Of a DNA stretch of 64,000 nucleotides, positions 50,218 to 59,257 are shown piece by piece. The translations under genes were made by a program, and so were the position numbers. The stretch is from positions 224,001 through 288,000 of IMG/VR virus record IMGVR_UViG_3300033498_000048. One strand, written 5' to 3'. The DNA is from a virus (Duplodnaviria; Caudoviricetes). Numbering within the stretch: position 1 is the first letter of the stretch; every line of letters starts with the position of its first letter. Below the pieces are notes generated by a model that had not been told where the DNA came from, searched no databases, and saw only the letters and a list, made by a program, of their open reading frames with translations.

Positions 50218-50373
50218 ATTATTATCCTTTATTGTAAAATCTAACTCTTTTGTGTGAGTCTAACCATCTACATACAAACTTCCAGAAATACCAGATGTAT
50301 GCTTCTTTAATTTCCTGCATATTTACTTCGACAAAGAAGATGAATGTTTGTTACTGTTTTCCATTATGATTAC

Positions 50374-50745
50374 CTAATTTAAATGTTGTTGTTGTGTTAA
50401 TAAGATTATTTCACATTTGATGACTTTATATCTTAGGCTCGTAAACATATCAACGGATTGCCTAGCCAACTTAGCAGTTTGACTAATCGACTCTAATATT
50501 ACATTACCACTAAGCTTGTGGACTACACAATATAAATTTCTAGCTAATATGGTTGGAGTTTTGTGTTGGTTGTTCCATGATTTATATTCAATTGGTATGA
50601 ATAATTGTAATCCAACCTTAACAACATTGCTCGTATGTGCAAAACACGTTTTTTTATGTTTTGATATTGAATTTAATATTGGGTATGAAACTTCATTCAA
50701 TGCACAATAACACTGTATAGGGTCTATATATTGTTTTAATTCCAT
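50374..50745 (-). CDS. hypothetical early protein
   Basis: Start revised to MELKQ at 50745 because the listed start (50808) lies in the -35 box. Confidence 0.5.
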   Translation of the reverse strand: MELKQYIDPIQCYCALNEVSYPILNSISKHKKTCFAHTSNVVKVGLQLFIPIEYKSWNNQHKTPTILARNLYCVVHKLSGNVILESISQTAKLARQSVDMFTSLRYKVIKCEIILLTQQQHLN

Positions 50746-50779
50746 TTCAAATCCTAAAATACTATTATGTAAATGGTGT

Positions 50780-50808
50780 ATTATAATAGCACAATGTACA
50801 AATGTCAA
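50780..50808 (-). promoter_or_regulatory. consensus sigma70 promoter just downstream of repeat array 2
   Basis: TTGACA-N17-TATAAT on the minus strand. Confidence 0.85.
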
Positions 50809-50838
50809 AATATATTTTTAACACATCAAGTCGTGGAA

Positions 50839-51127
50839 GAATCAATAAGTTAGCCCTTACAGGTGTTGGTTAATTAGTAAACGGTTCCAAGTGCTAGCTT
50901 GTTGATATTGTTAATGTTTATTATACTCAATTATATCAATAAGTTAGCACTTGGAACGTGGTATTAGATATATAACCGATGCAAGTGCTAAGTCATTGAT
51001 TCTTAATAATTGACAGTAAAAATTTAGCACTTATGGAGTGGCATTAGTTACATAACTGTTCCAAGTGCTAACCTGTTGACATTATTAGGACACAATCATT
51101 ACCAGTTAAATCAATAAGTTATAGCAT
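50839..51127. repeat. palindromic-element array 2 (3 units plus a half)
   Basis: 30-nt cores at 50859-50888, 50953-50982 and 51033-51062. Confidence 0.95.
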
Positions 51128-51144
51128 TGTAGCAAGTATTTGGT

Positions 51145-51744
51145 TCACATATTCCAAGCATCTTTATTAGTACCACCTTTCCATCGTTGGGTTGGAAGAA
51201 ATGCAACTATTTCAAATGATTCATCTGGAATATTAACAAACTTTGATTTTATGTGGTCGAGTCTATATGAATGTAGTGCGTGTTCAAAGAATTTAACTTC
51301 TGACATTTTTCTTAAAATTGACCACGATAATGATTTTTTTGCTTTTAGGTTTATGATAGCCATTAATGCCTTGGCTCTAATGACTGGAGCTAAATAATGG
51401 AAATTTAGTCCAACCATAATAGGTACACCTTGTTTAGATGTGTATGCTCCACATGGAATAACTAAAGGTAATGTGTCGTATATGTTTAGTTTGTCTTTCC
51501 ATTTTGGGTCATATTGAAACAAAACCATATCCCCTGGATTAAACTTATTAGTAACTAAATTACTATCTTGTAATAGCCTAGGTAAACGAACACTCTTATA
51601 GTTTTTTGATATGAAATTCCTAAACCAGTCCATCGACTCATCCGTATTTCTTTTCTGTTTAGTTGGATTCAAATCAAAAAACTTTTGTTCTAACCGTTTA
51701 ACTAAATCAATTTCTGTTCCTGTTGTGTTTTTTATATTTGCCAT
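51145..51744 (-). CDS. gp2: DNA end protector protein
   Basis: SMDWF, PG.M..F.YDPK.KDKL..YD.LPLVI, GLNFHYL.P, HSY...H.KS, FLPT.R. Confidence 0.93.
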   Translation of the reverse strand: MANIKNTTGTEIDLVKRLEQKFFDLNPTKQKRNTDESMDWFRNFISKNYKSVRLPRLLQDSNLVTNKFNPGDMVLFQYDPKWKDKLNIYDTLPLVIPCGAYTSKQGVPIMVGLNFHYLAPVIRAKALMAIINLKAKKSLSWSILRKMSEVKFFEHALHSYRLDHIKSKFVNIPDESFEIVAFLPTQRWKGGTNKDAWNM

Positions 51745-51758
51745 GATGTTAAAAAATG

Positions 51759-51786
51759 TTGACGTTTAAAAAAATGTGTGTATACT
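51759..51786 (+). promoter_or_regulatory. sigma70-type promoter
   Basis: TTGACG-N16-TATACT with TGTG extension, ahead of 51828. Confidence 0.6.
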
Positions 51787-51827
51787 GAAGTCCACAATTA
51801 AGTAAACCACATAACAGAAGATAAATC

Positions 51828-52124
51828 ATGTACTATAAATTTACAAATCCTACTAAAAAACACACATTGATAATTGAAGCTAAATCTAAACTACAAGCCA
51901 TGGCAAAAGCTGAATCACATGGCGAGGTATTTGAATCAACAAGTGAAGTGTGTGATTATGATTGTAGTTCTACTGACACAATAGGTTTTGAATATGTGGA
52001 TGGATTTATTGAAGAAGTCCATTCTAACAAACCAAAATTGCGTGATTTTATAATAAAAGGTTATTGTGAAACTGTATCACTAATTCCATTAAACGGTACA
52101 CGCATATACACTGAAAAACTTTAA
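51828..52124 (+). CDS. hypothetical early protein
   Basis: 98-aa ORF behind the promoter. Confidence 0.6.
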   Translation: MYYKFTNPTKKHTLIIEAKSKLQAMAKAESHGEVFESTSEVCDYDCSSTDTIGFEYVDGFIEEVHSNKPKLRDFIIKGYCETVSLIPLNGTRIYTEKL

Positions 52125-52175
52125 TTGGTCCAATAAAATAGGGAGCTACTATATTGACTTAGTAGCTCCCATTTA

Positions 52176-53132
52176 TTATATTTCAATTGGACCAACAACT
52201 TCTGGTTTATACATACTACCTTCTGGTCCATAAGCAACAATATCATAAACCTTGTCTTTTGTTCCATAAAATTCCCAATATGCCGAGCTATCGGGAACAA
52301 TTTTATGTGTTTTTCCATCTGGTAATTCTCGAATCAATACTACACTTGCTGGACTGTATGGGTGTGTACTATCTTTTGCAATTCCAGATAACATCTCATT
52401 ATATGCTGATAGCGTGTATATGGTATTAACACAACTTAATCCCACGTCAAAATCGAACATAACCACGTCTTTAAACAACGAAGTTGAATTAGCTATAGTA
52501 GCATCAAGACTCTTACCAATATGGCAATAGGGGCGATTTAACGCAGCTATTTGTGCAATATTGATGGTATTGTCTTCAATCAATATTCCATTTAGGTAAA
52601 CTGAAAACTTATTAGTTGTTGGATTTAACGTAAGAGCAATGTGATACCATGTGTTGTCTAATAAATTCACAATTGAGGTAATTGATAAATCACCATAAAT
52701 TAAATTTGTTAGTCTACAAAATATTGTATTATAATTGGTGTCTTTAATTATATCAATTGAGTTTTGTATTCCATTGGAATCTGATGTCAATGAAAATAAA
52801 CAATATTGATAATCCCTAGATGATATGTCTTTACTATTAAACCAAAACATGATAGTAATTCCAGTTGAATTGATGTTATTTAACAAATTATTAGTTGGAA
52901 TTGTTAAATAACTATTAATAGATTTTTCTAAAAATAATCCACCGAATTGTGTATTCGCATTGCTTTTAGGAATTGTAGTTAATGTTGCGTCATGTCCGTT
53001 AAAACCTTCATCCATGATATTAGTTGATAAGTCCCCTTGCAATCGGTAAAAAACAACAGGCTTATTAACCAAAACCTGTTGTTTTACTGGACTACAATTC
53101 CTAGCAAAAGGACTTTGTGTTAGTTGTATCAT
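52176..53132 (-). CDS. LamG/ConA-like lectin domain protein (probable virion appendage)
   Basis: VFYRL, ITIMFWF, NTWYHIALT...SVYLNG, HIGKS, FKDV..FD. Confidence 0.8.
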   Translation of the reverse strand: MIQLTQSPFARNCSPVKQQVLVNKPVVFYRLQGDLSTNIMDEGFNGHDATLTTIPKSNANTQFGGLFLEKSINSYLTIPTNNLLNNINSTGITIMFWFNSKDISSRDYQYCLFSLTSDSNGIQNSIDIIKDTNYNTIFCRLTNLIYGDLSITSIVNLLDNTWYHIALTLNPTTNKFSVYLNGILIEDNTINIAQIAALNRPYCHIGKSLDATIANSTSLFKDVVMFDFDVGLSCVNTIYTLSAYNEMLSGIAKDSTHPYSPASVVLIRELPDGKTHKIVPDSSAYWEFYGTKDKVYDIVAYGPEGSMYKPEVVGPIEI

Positions 53133-53609
53133 TTAAACATCTTTCACGAAATCTTCTATCCAATCTAGTCCTAAGCTTGGATAATTCACTTCTATATTCT
53201 TTTTAATTAAACTTAAAGTTTCTCCTGATTTAGTTAATTTTTTAACATCCTTTTTTGCAGCATTTAATAACTTATAGTTTACTCCACCATTGTAGCTGTT
53301 TACAATTTCTTTTAATGATTGTTCCATTCTATTTTTTATAGATTTAGTACAGTTTTTTTGGTGTTTAATAATTGTTTGTTGTAGTGATTTTAGTTGTGTT
53401 ATACACATATCATCAACGCGATTTGGATATGTTAAAAAATATCCAAATCGCCCTTGCTCACTATCAAATAAAAATAACACCAATTCAACCGATGTTAGTG
53501 TTTCAGTGTTTAGGATTGATATTATGGAACGGCATGACATTCCTGTTTTTATATAAGTTTTCATGTAACCCAAGGATTCGATTAATTGTGGAACTAGACT
53601 TACATCCAA
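53133..53609 (-). CDS. hypothetical protein, paralog of 54293-54604
   Basis: IL.TETL...EL..FLFD...G.F.YFL..P...DD..I.QLK.LQQT.IK.Q.NCT shared with 54293-54604. Confidence 0.65.
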   Translation of the reverse strand: MDVSLVPQLIESLGYMKTYIKTGMSCRSIISILNTETLTSVELVLFLFDSEQGRFGYFLTYPNRVDDMCITQLKSLQQTIIKHQKNCTKSIKNRMEQSLKEIVNSYNGGVNYKLLNAAKKDVKKLTKSGETLSLIKKNIEVNYPSLGLDWIEDFVKDV

Positions 53610-53644
53610 TATAAACCATGTAAGTCTTTAGTTGAGTTATTGTG

Positions 53645-53941
53645 TTATTTAATTACCGTTGATATAGCTCGCTCAAAAGCTGATTTGAAATTATCAAAAT
53701 TGTCTAAAAACTCTTTAGTTTTACCTTTATCTGGCTTTCCATTTGAATAGAAATGTAATGAATCAGATGATGGAATACTATCGAATATGTCAACTTGGTT
53801 AATTGATGTTAATGATATTAAGTAATCAAAAAACGGTTGTACCATATCGTCCGTAAGTTGTGAATCTATTTTATCCCAACTGTTACGAATCCAATTAGAA
53901 ATGTGGTCAAAGTCTGATAGTTGTGGATTATCTGTTGTCAT
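53645..53941 (-). CDS. hypothetical protein
   Basis: 98-aa ORF with AGGA RBS. Confidence 0.55.
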   Translation of the reverse strand: MTTDNPQLSDFDHISNWIRNSWDKIDSQLTDDMVQPFFDYLISLTSINQVDIFDSIPSSDSLHFYSNGKPDKGKTKEFLDNFDNFKSAFERAISTVIK

Positions 53942-54234
53942 GTTTAAGTCCTCATTGTTTATTATTAAAGCGTGTGTTGTATCGCAGTTAATTTTGAAAT
54001 ATCATAGTCGATATAATCTTTGTTACTTCCAAGGTAAAGTTTACTCACTCCAGCACCTATCAACCTCGCATACACTTTTAATACAGATTTTTCGTCTCCG
54101 TTTGTTGGGATATACACGTTTAACCATGAGTTTTTCAATCACAAGATTTCCAATAGAAGGTTGGTGATTGATAACAACTGTGTCATTGCGTTTCATAATA
54201 AATTCTCACTTTGTGTCGATTTTCGATGGAACAA

Positions 54235-54263
54235 ATTATAATGATATTCAAAACTAAAGTCAA
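54235..54263 (-). promoter_or_regulatory. sigma70 promoter
   Basis: TTGACT-N17-TATAAT on the minus strand. Confidence 0.75.
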
Positions 54264-54292
54264 ACTATTTATTATAAACAAGTCTAACAAAA

Positions 54293-54604
54293 TTAGGTGT
54301 TATAGTTAGATTCAATTTCAGCTAAGGCTTTTTTCATTTGCCGTTTAATTGCAGGAGTGCAATTTGGTTGATATTTGATAACAGTTTGTTGTAATACTTT
54401 TAATTGTTCTATTACTTTGTCATCGGTAATATCAGGATTCACTAAAAAGTATTCAAATTGTCCTGAAGCATCATCAAATAAGAATGAATCCAACTCACCT
54501 GTTGATAAAGTTTCAGATTTTAGTATTGAATTTATCTTTTCAACTGACATTCCAGGTTTTATAATGGTTTCAGATTCACTTAAGAATTGTCCAAATGTTT
54601 TCAT
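54293..54604 (-). CDS. putative internal head protein
   Basis: MKTFGQFLSE closely resembles the T4 IP capsid-targeting sequence MKTYQEFIAE. Confidence 0.65.
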   Translation of the reverse strand: MKTFGQFLSESETIIKPGMSVEKINSILKSETLSTGELDSFLFDDASGQFEYFLVNPDITDDKVIEQLKVLQQTVIKYQPNCTPAIKRQMKKALAEIESNYNT

Positions 54605-54613
54605 GTTTATTCC

Positions 54614-55315
54614 TTATTTGTTATAAAATGGGTTATCGTCAATTTCACTTAAAGGGTTTTCTTTAAGCATACTTTTAACCATGTCTAATATCTTTGTATC
54701 CAAATGGTTTTTTAACCAAGGGTTAGATGTCATATTTATAGACGAGTCAACATTCATATCCATCAACTTTTGTATTTTTTTATTGGCTTCTTGTCCCAAT
54801 TCGTTAATGATAACATCGTCTAACTTTTTAACACCTTGATAAATTGCATTAGAAATATCATTAAACGAATCAGCTCGTGATAACCAAGACATTCTTCTTG
54901 AAAATTCACGTTCAGCTTTCCCAGTTTCAGTGTTAATAGACCATTGTGGAACTGAACCATTATTTATTCTACGCAATATTTCAACTCGGTCTTTTTGAAC
55001 TTTAACAGCGTTTTCCCATATTGTTGGATAATCACGTCTTAATTCAGATATATCATCTTGTTGGACTAATGCAATAATAGCTTGCATTTTATCGAAAATT
55101 ATTTTATCAATTTCAACCTTTTCAGGTGATTCTTGATATATGTCTTGTTTTATTTTATTGATTTTTTTATGTAAACTGGGATTACCTCCAGCTAAGATGT
55201 TTCCATCATGGTCAACATATATTGACCCACCTCTGCCCATTCGTTTCCAAGTTCCACCAGATAATGCCTTTTGGTCAGCCTCTGACAAAACCATAAAATC
55301 TTTAATGCTTATCAT
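54614..55315 (-). CDS. putative internal head protein
   Basis: MISIKDFMVLSEAD; W..MGRGGSIYVD.DGNILAG motif. Confidence 0.55.
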   Translation of the reverse strand: MISIKDFMVLSEADQKALSGGTWKRMGRGGSIYVDHDGNILAGGNPSLHKKINKIKQDIYQESPEKVEIDKIIFDKMQAIIALVQQDDISELRRDYPTIWENAVKVQKDRVEILRRINNGSVPQWSINTETGKAEREFSRRMSWLSRADSFNDISNAIYQGVKKLDDVIINELGQEANKKIQKLMDMNVDSSINMTSNPWLKNHLDTKILDMVKSMLKENPLSEIDDNPFYNK

Positions 55316-55450
55316 ATTAATTTATCCTATATTATGGTTGGTTTTGTTGTATTTATTATATTTGAATACTAGGCTATAGAGTCATTTATTACTAATGGTC
55401 CAGTTTCTTTTCGTATCATCATGGACATTAGATTCAACTTAGATACGACT

Positions 55451-55524
55451 CATCTTATGTCCAGTGTGTTATATTAAGTTTAGTATAAATACAAGAAATC
55501 AAATAACACACTGGACATAAGATG
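55451..55524 (+). promoter_or_regulatory. translational-sequestration hairpin with an internal late promoter
   Basis: Perfect 22-bp inverted repeat 55451-55472 / 55503-55524 covering the ATG at 55522; TATAAATA at 55484-55491 in the loop. Confidence 0.85.
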
Positions 55525-56325
55525 GCAAAATTAATAAACGACAAGTATTACACTCCATTAGAATTGGCTCAATATTGTATAGATAAAACGCATCAAATTA
55601 TAGGGAATAAAAATATCACTGAATATATTGAACCATCAGCTGGAAATGGGTCATTTAGTTTATTATTACCTGATTGTATTGCATTTGATATTGAACCTGA
55701 GCATCCATCAATTATCAAACAAGACTTTTTAATGATTGATATACCACATAAATCTGGACGATGTGTTATTGGGAATCCTCCATTTGGAAAAAACAATTTA
55801 TTATATAGGAGGTTTTGTGATAAAAGCTTTAATATTGCTGATTATGTTGCTTACATTTTACCTATCAGTCAATATAATAACAGAAATCTAATTTACAAAT
55901 TTGATTTAATTTATAGTGAAAAGCTTAATCAGGTGTTGTTTAGTTCGGCTAAACAAGTTCCAGTTTGTTTTAACATTTATAAAAGACCATTAAGTGGAAT
56001 TTACAATAAACGTCCTAAATTATACCACAAATATATTAAGTTTATATATAAAACTAGGCACTCGAACGAAATCATCAATGATTTTGATGTGATAATATGT
56101 GCATGGGGGAGTAATGTTGGTAAACCAATAACAGATTTAAATGCTCCTAGATGGACATCAAGTATGTACATTAAATTTATTGATGGACTAGATACTTCAA
56201 TTAAAAGCAAACTAATAGAATCAATATCAAATGTTGATTGGAAACTCAAATATAGTATGCCTAGAAATGGGTCAATATCATATTGGCATATTTATAATTA
56301 TCTAAATGAAATTGTTAAGGAGTAA
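55522..56325 (+). CDS. N6-adenine DNA methyltransferase-like protein
   Basis: DKYYTP, IEPSAGNGSF (SAM motif I), FDIEP, DFL, IGNPPFG (motif IV). Confidence 0.85.
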   Translation: MAKLINDKYYTPLELAQYCIDKTHQIIGNKNITEYIEPSAGNGSFSLLLPDCIAFDIEPEHPSIIKQDFLMIDIPHKSGRCVIGNPPFGKNNLLYRRFCDKSFNIADYVAYILPISQYNNRNLIYKFDLIYSEKLNQVLFSSAKQVPVCFNIYKRPLSGIYNKRPKLYHKYIKFIYKTRHSNEIINDFDVIICAWGSNVGKPITDLNAPRWTSSMYIKFIDGLDTSIKSKLIESISNVDWKLKYSMPRNGSISYWHIYNYLNEIVKE

Positions 56326-56331
56326 CATTAT

Positions 56332-56820
56332 ATGGCTAAAAGAAAAACAGCACAAGATAAAGAAGCTGAATACCAAAACAACCCTTGGATGTTTAATAAT
56401 GAACCGTTCAATGATTGCAAACAATATGCTGGATTTGTTTATGAAATAATAGACTTAGAAACCAGTAAACGCTATATTGGAAAAAAGTTTTTTTGGAGTA
56501 TGAAACGGGTTCCAGGTAGAAAAAACCGAATCACTGTAGAATCTACATGGAGAGAATATTATAGTTCCAGTGTTGAGATTAAGGCACTGGTTAAAGAATT
56601 TGGAAAAGCTAGATTTAAGCGAACCATATTATCAATACACGAATTAGAAAGGGATGTTAATTATGAAGAAACAAGGCAATTATATACTAAAAAGGTATTA
56701 TCAGAAGTGAATGGTGATGGTGAATTGGTTTATTATAATGGAAACATTGAAGGTAAACGATTTTCTAATCTTTGTATTGGAATAGAAAATCGTAGTTTAT
56801 TTGCAATGGAAGCAATTTAA
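56332..56820 (+). CDS. GIY-YIG family endonuclease
   Basis: GFVYEI......RYIGKK, ES.W..YYSS, YYNGNI. Confidence 0.85.
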   Translation: MAKRKTAQDKEAEYQNNPWMFNNEPFNDCKQYAGFVYEIIDLETSKRYIGKKFFWSMKRVPGRKNRITVESTWREYYSSSVEIKALVKEFGKARFKRTILSIHELERDVNYEETRQLYTKKVLSEVNGDGELVYYNGNIEGKRFSNLCIGIENRSLFAMEAI

Positions 56821-56834
56821 TAAAGTTTTTATTA

Positions 56835-57071
56835 TTAGTCCACAATAAAAGATATGTTATCATAGCCACTAAAATGGTGTAACTTTGGAAACACCGAAAT
56901 GGTAAACCAACAACCAAACTCAAAGTAGTCGTTCATCATTTTGTCTTTAGAACACCCAAATTTATTCTTTACATTAACACCAGTTGATAAATCCAAACTC
57001 GTAGAGGTAAATTCGCACCCATTACTAGAAGTGTGTTGGATAACAATTATTGATTTTATAGATGTGGACAT
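56835..57071 (-). CDS. hypothetical early protein
   Basis: 78 aa with AAGGA RBS, behind the promoter at 57104-57132. Confidence 0.55.
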   Translation of the reverse strand: MSTSIKSIIVIQHTSSNGCEFTSTSLDLSTGVNVKNKFGCSKDKMMNDYFEFGCWFTISVFPKLHHFSGYDNISFIVD

Positions 57072-57103
57072 AATGATTCCTTTAAGTTCTCAATGATGGT
57101 TAT

Positions 57104-57132
57104 ACTATAATGTGTTGGAGTTATAATGTCAA
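57104..57132 (-). promoter_or_regulatory. sigma70 promoter overlapping the end of repeat array 3
   Basis: TTGACA-N17-TATAGT on the minus strand. Confidence 0.75.
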
Positions 57133-57373
57133 TCAATATGTTAGCATTTGCAACGGTTAAGTAACTAACACATTCATTGATTGTGTTGTCATAAATACTT
57201 GCTGTAATAGAATCAATGAGTTAGCACTTGGAGCTATTACATAATTAATAACAATGTCCAAGTGCTAACTCATTGATAGTTATACTATTCACATCAATTA
57301 TGAAAAATCAATGGGTTAGCACTTGGAACTATCATATAATTACTAACACGCTGCAAGTGCTAACTTATTGATA
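57131..57373. repeat. palindromic-element array 3 (2 intact plus 1 degenerate unit)
   Basis: 30-nt cores at 57230-57259 and 57325-57354. Confidence 0.95.
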
Positions 57374-57375
57374 GG

Positions 57376-58059
57376 TCAACCAACACCAATAAGGTTTTGA
57401 ACTGGGTCAATGATTACTAATTCCTTTGTGCTTGGACGTATCATAAAATTATCACTATGTAAATCACTCATAAAGTTTTTAAACAAAGGCTCGATTAATC
57501 GCAAAGCTTTTATTAAATTATCATCTGTAATTCTGGATTTAAGTTTCAAACGTCTAGTTGGGTTTGCAAATTGTTGTCTAATATCAAGATACAAGTCATT
57601 TAAGTTTCTGTAGCTATTAAATGGGTCAAAAAAACCCAATGATTTAAACATATTCCATACAAATTTAGCATCTTCATGGAATAACGGCATTAAACGTTCT
57701 ACTACCATGACCAGCATATATTTTTCTTGTGTTGGTTGTATCAATGTTCTATATTTTAAAAAGTCAATATCATCTTCTGTTAATTCTGAATTGTCATACA
57801 TCTTATAGGTATAAACTTTTGGAAAATATGGATTATTTTCGTGATTAACACACAATCTTAAAAATTGAACAGAAGCATCATTCTCACCTGTTACATTAAC
57901 AACCTTTATAATCTTGTTAGCATCTTTAGTGTGAGCATATACCAAGGCTTGAACTCCAGACCCTAATAGCTTTTTATCTTTCATTATACCATTGAATTTT
58001 GTATCAGATTTAGGGAGTTGTAATTTAACTTCCCTAATATAGTTTTGATAGGACAACAT
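57376..58059 (-). CDS. Ser/Thr protein kinase-like protein with capsid-targeting-like N-terminus
   Basis: MLSYQNYIRE; LGSGVQALVY (Gly loop), IIKV, FPKVY, VERL, DLHSDNFM (catalytic loop), VIIDP. Confidence 0.85.
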   Translation of the reverse strand: MLSYQNYIREVKLQLPKSDTKFNGIMKDKKLLGSGVQALVYAHTKDANKIIKVVNVTGENDASVQFLRLCVNHENNPYFPKVYTYKMYDNSELTEDDIDFLKYRTLIQPTQEKYMLVMVVERLMPLFHEDAKFVWNMFKSLGFFDPFNSYRNLNDLYLDIRQQFANPTRRLKLKSRITDDNLIKALRLIEPLFKNFMSDLHSDNFMIRPSTKELVIIDPVQNLIGVG

Positions 58060-58078
58060 TTATTATCTCCATGTAGTA

Positions 58079-58436
58079 GTGAGTTAGCACTTGCGATAGG
58101 TATATAATTAACAACACTGTTTCCAAGTGCTAACTCGTTGATTTAATTATAGTAAATATTTATGGTAATGGAATAAATAGGTTAGCACTTGGAACGGTTA
58201 TACAATTAACTAACACCTGCAAGTGCTAACCTATTGATTCTTAGTAATTGACAATGATTGTAACTTAACCAACTATCAATGACTTAGCACTTAGACACAT
58301 TAGGTAATTACTAACAATGCCCAAGTGCTAACGCATTGATTTAATTGAGTTTAGTGAATGTTATTATAATCAACAAGTTAGCACTTGGAACGGTTATATA
58401 ATTAAGACCACACTGCAAGTGCTAACTTATTGATTC
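58079..58436. repeat. palindromic-element array 4 (4 units)
   Basis: Cores at 58093-58124 (32 nt), 58191-58220, 58293-58322 and 58387-58416. Confidence 0.95.
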
Positions 58437-58467
58437 TTATACACAACTTTACATAATAAGGAACAAA

Positions 58468-58617
58468 ATGAACATAATATATTTAATGTGGGTTATTCAC
58501 AATGTAATTATTCATCCATTAATGATGCTTATGTCTGTTAGTAAGGCTAACGCATTACACGATGCGAATGCAATTTGGGCTTTTAAATTGAACACGAAGG
58601 TAATCAACGATGCTTAA
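58468..58617 (+). CDS. small hypothetical protein, not in the ORF track
   Basis: 49 aa MNIIYLMWVIHNVIIHPL...LHD; AAGGA RBS. Confidence 0.45.
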   Translation: MNIIYLMWVIHNVIIHPLMMLMSVSKANALHDANAIWAFKLNTKVINDA

Positions 58618-58639
58618 CTTTAAACAGTTTTGTTTATTA

Positions 58640-59235
58640 GAATCTACATTAAGTGATAATGAAATTATTGAATTGGGAAACCGAATAAGAAATACTTTTA
58701 AAACAAATGATGTTGAAATGAACTATAATTTATTATCAACATTCATATCTTAATATTGGAAATAGATGTCCAAGTTTTTTCATTAAACACTAAGAAAAAA
58801 GTTGTGAAAACTAATGTCACATTTGGAAATGTTCAAATTGAAAATCAATCATCGCTGAGTGAAAAACGATTTATTGAATTGGCTGGAATGGTAACTGATT
58901 TATTGAGTAAGTTTCAATGTGAATATAAAAAGGCATTATCTGGAAAATTAAAATTCGTATTCAAACCATCATCCGAACAAAAGGCAAAAGCAACTTACAA
59001 ATCAGAGCTTGATGAAATATGGATAAGCAATTCAACAGAAACTTTAAAATTATTTACAAAAGAGTTATATGGATTGCCAAATTGGTTTAATTCAAGTTAC
59101 ATAACATCTAAGTATTCGGTTAGTGCTGGATTCGCAGATGAAGAAAATTGGGCTGAATGTTTCGCAATTGCTTTCTTTGGTCAATCAATTCATCCCAGAT
59201 TATACAAATTGGCAAAATGTAATAAACAAATTTAA
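58640..59235 (+). pseudogene. probable remnant of a zincin-like metallopeptidase gene
   Basis: ORF 58756 has a weak TTG start; A.Y....DEIWI and SKY......EENWAECFA motifs are present, but no HExxH lies between them. Confidence 0.35.
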
Positions 59236-59257
59236 AATAGGCTTAGGTTGTTTCTAC

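Noticed and set aside
50746-50808. Listed N-terminal 21 codons of ORF 50374-50808
   Set aside because: They coincide with a perfect sigma70 promoter; the downstream ATG at 50745 is more plausible.
55473-55502. The 30-nt loop of the MTase hairpin as a member of the palindrome family
   Set aside because: It shares no sequence with the arms or the TAATTA centre; the equal length appears coincidental.
57131-57373. Units as simple intrinsic terminators or REP/RAYT elements
   Set aside because: They are AT-rich with a 30-nt loop and no U-tract, occur upstream of genes and in divergent gaps as well as convergent ones, and lack the GTAG/CCAG-type REP end motif.
58079-58436. Units as integron attC sites
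   Set aside because: The arms read GTTAGCA...TGCTAAC, the opposite order to attC (RYYYAAC...GTTRRRY), and do not fit GTTRRRY. Arrays contain no ORFs between successive units, and no IntI is seen.
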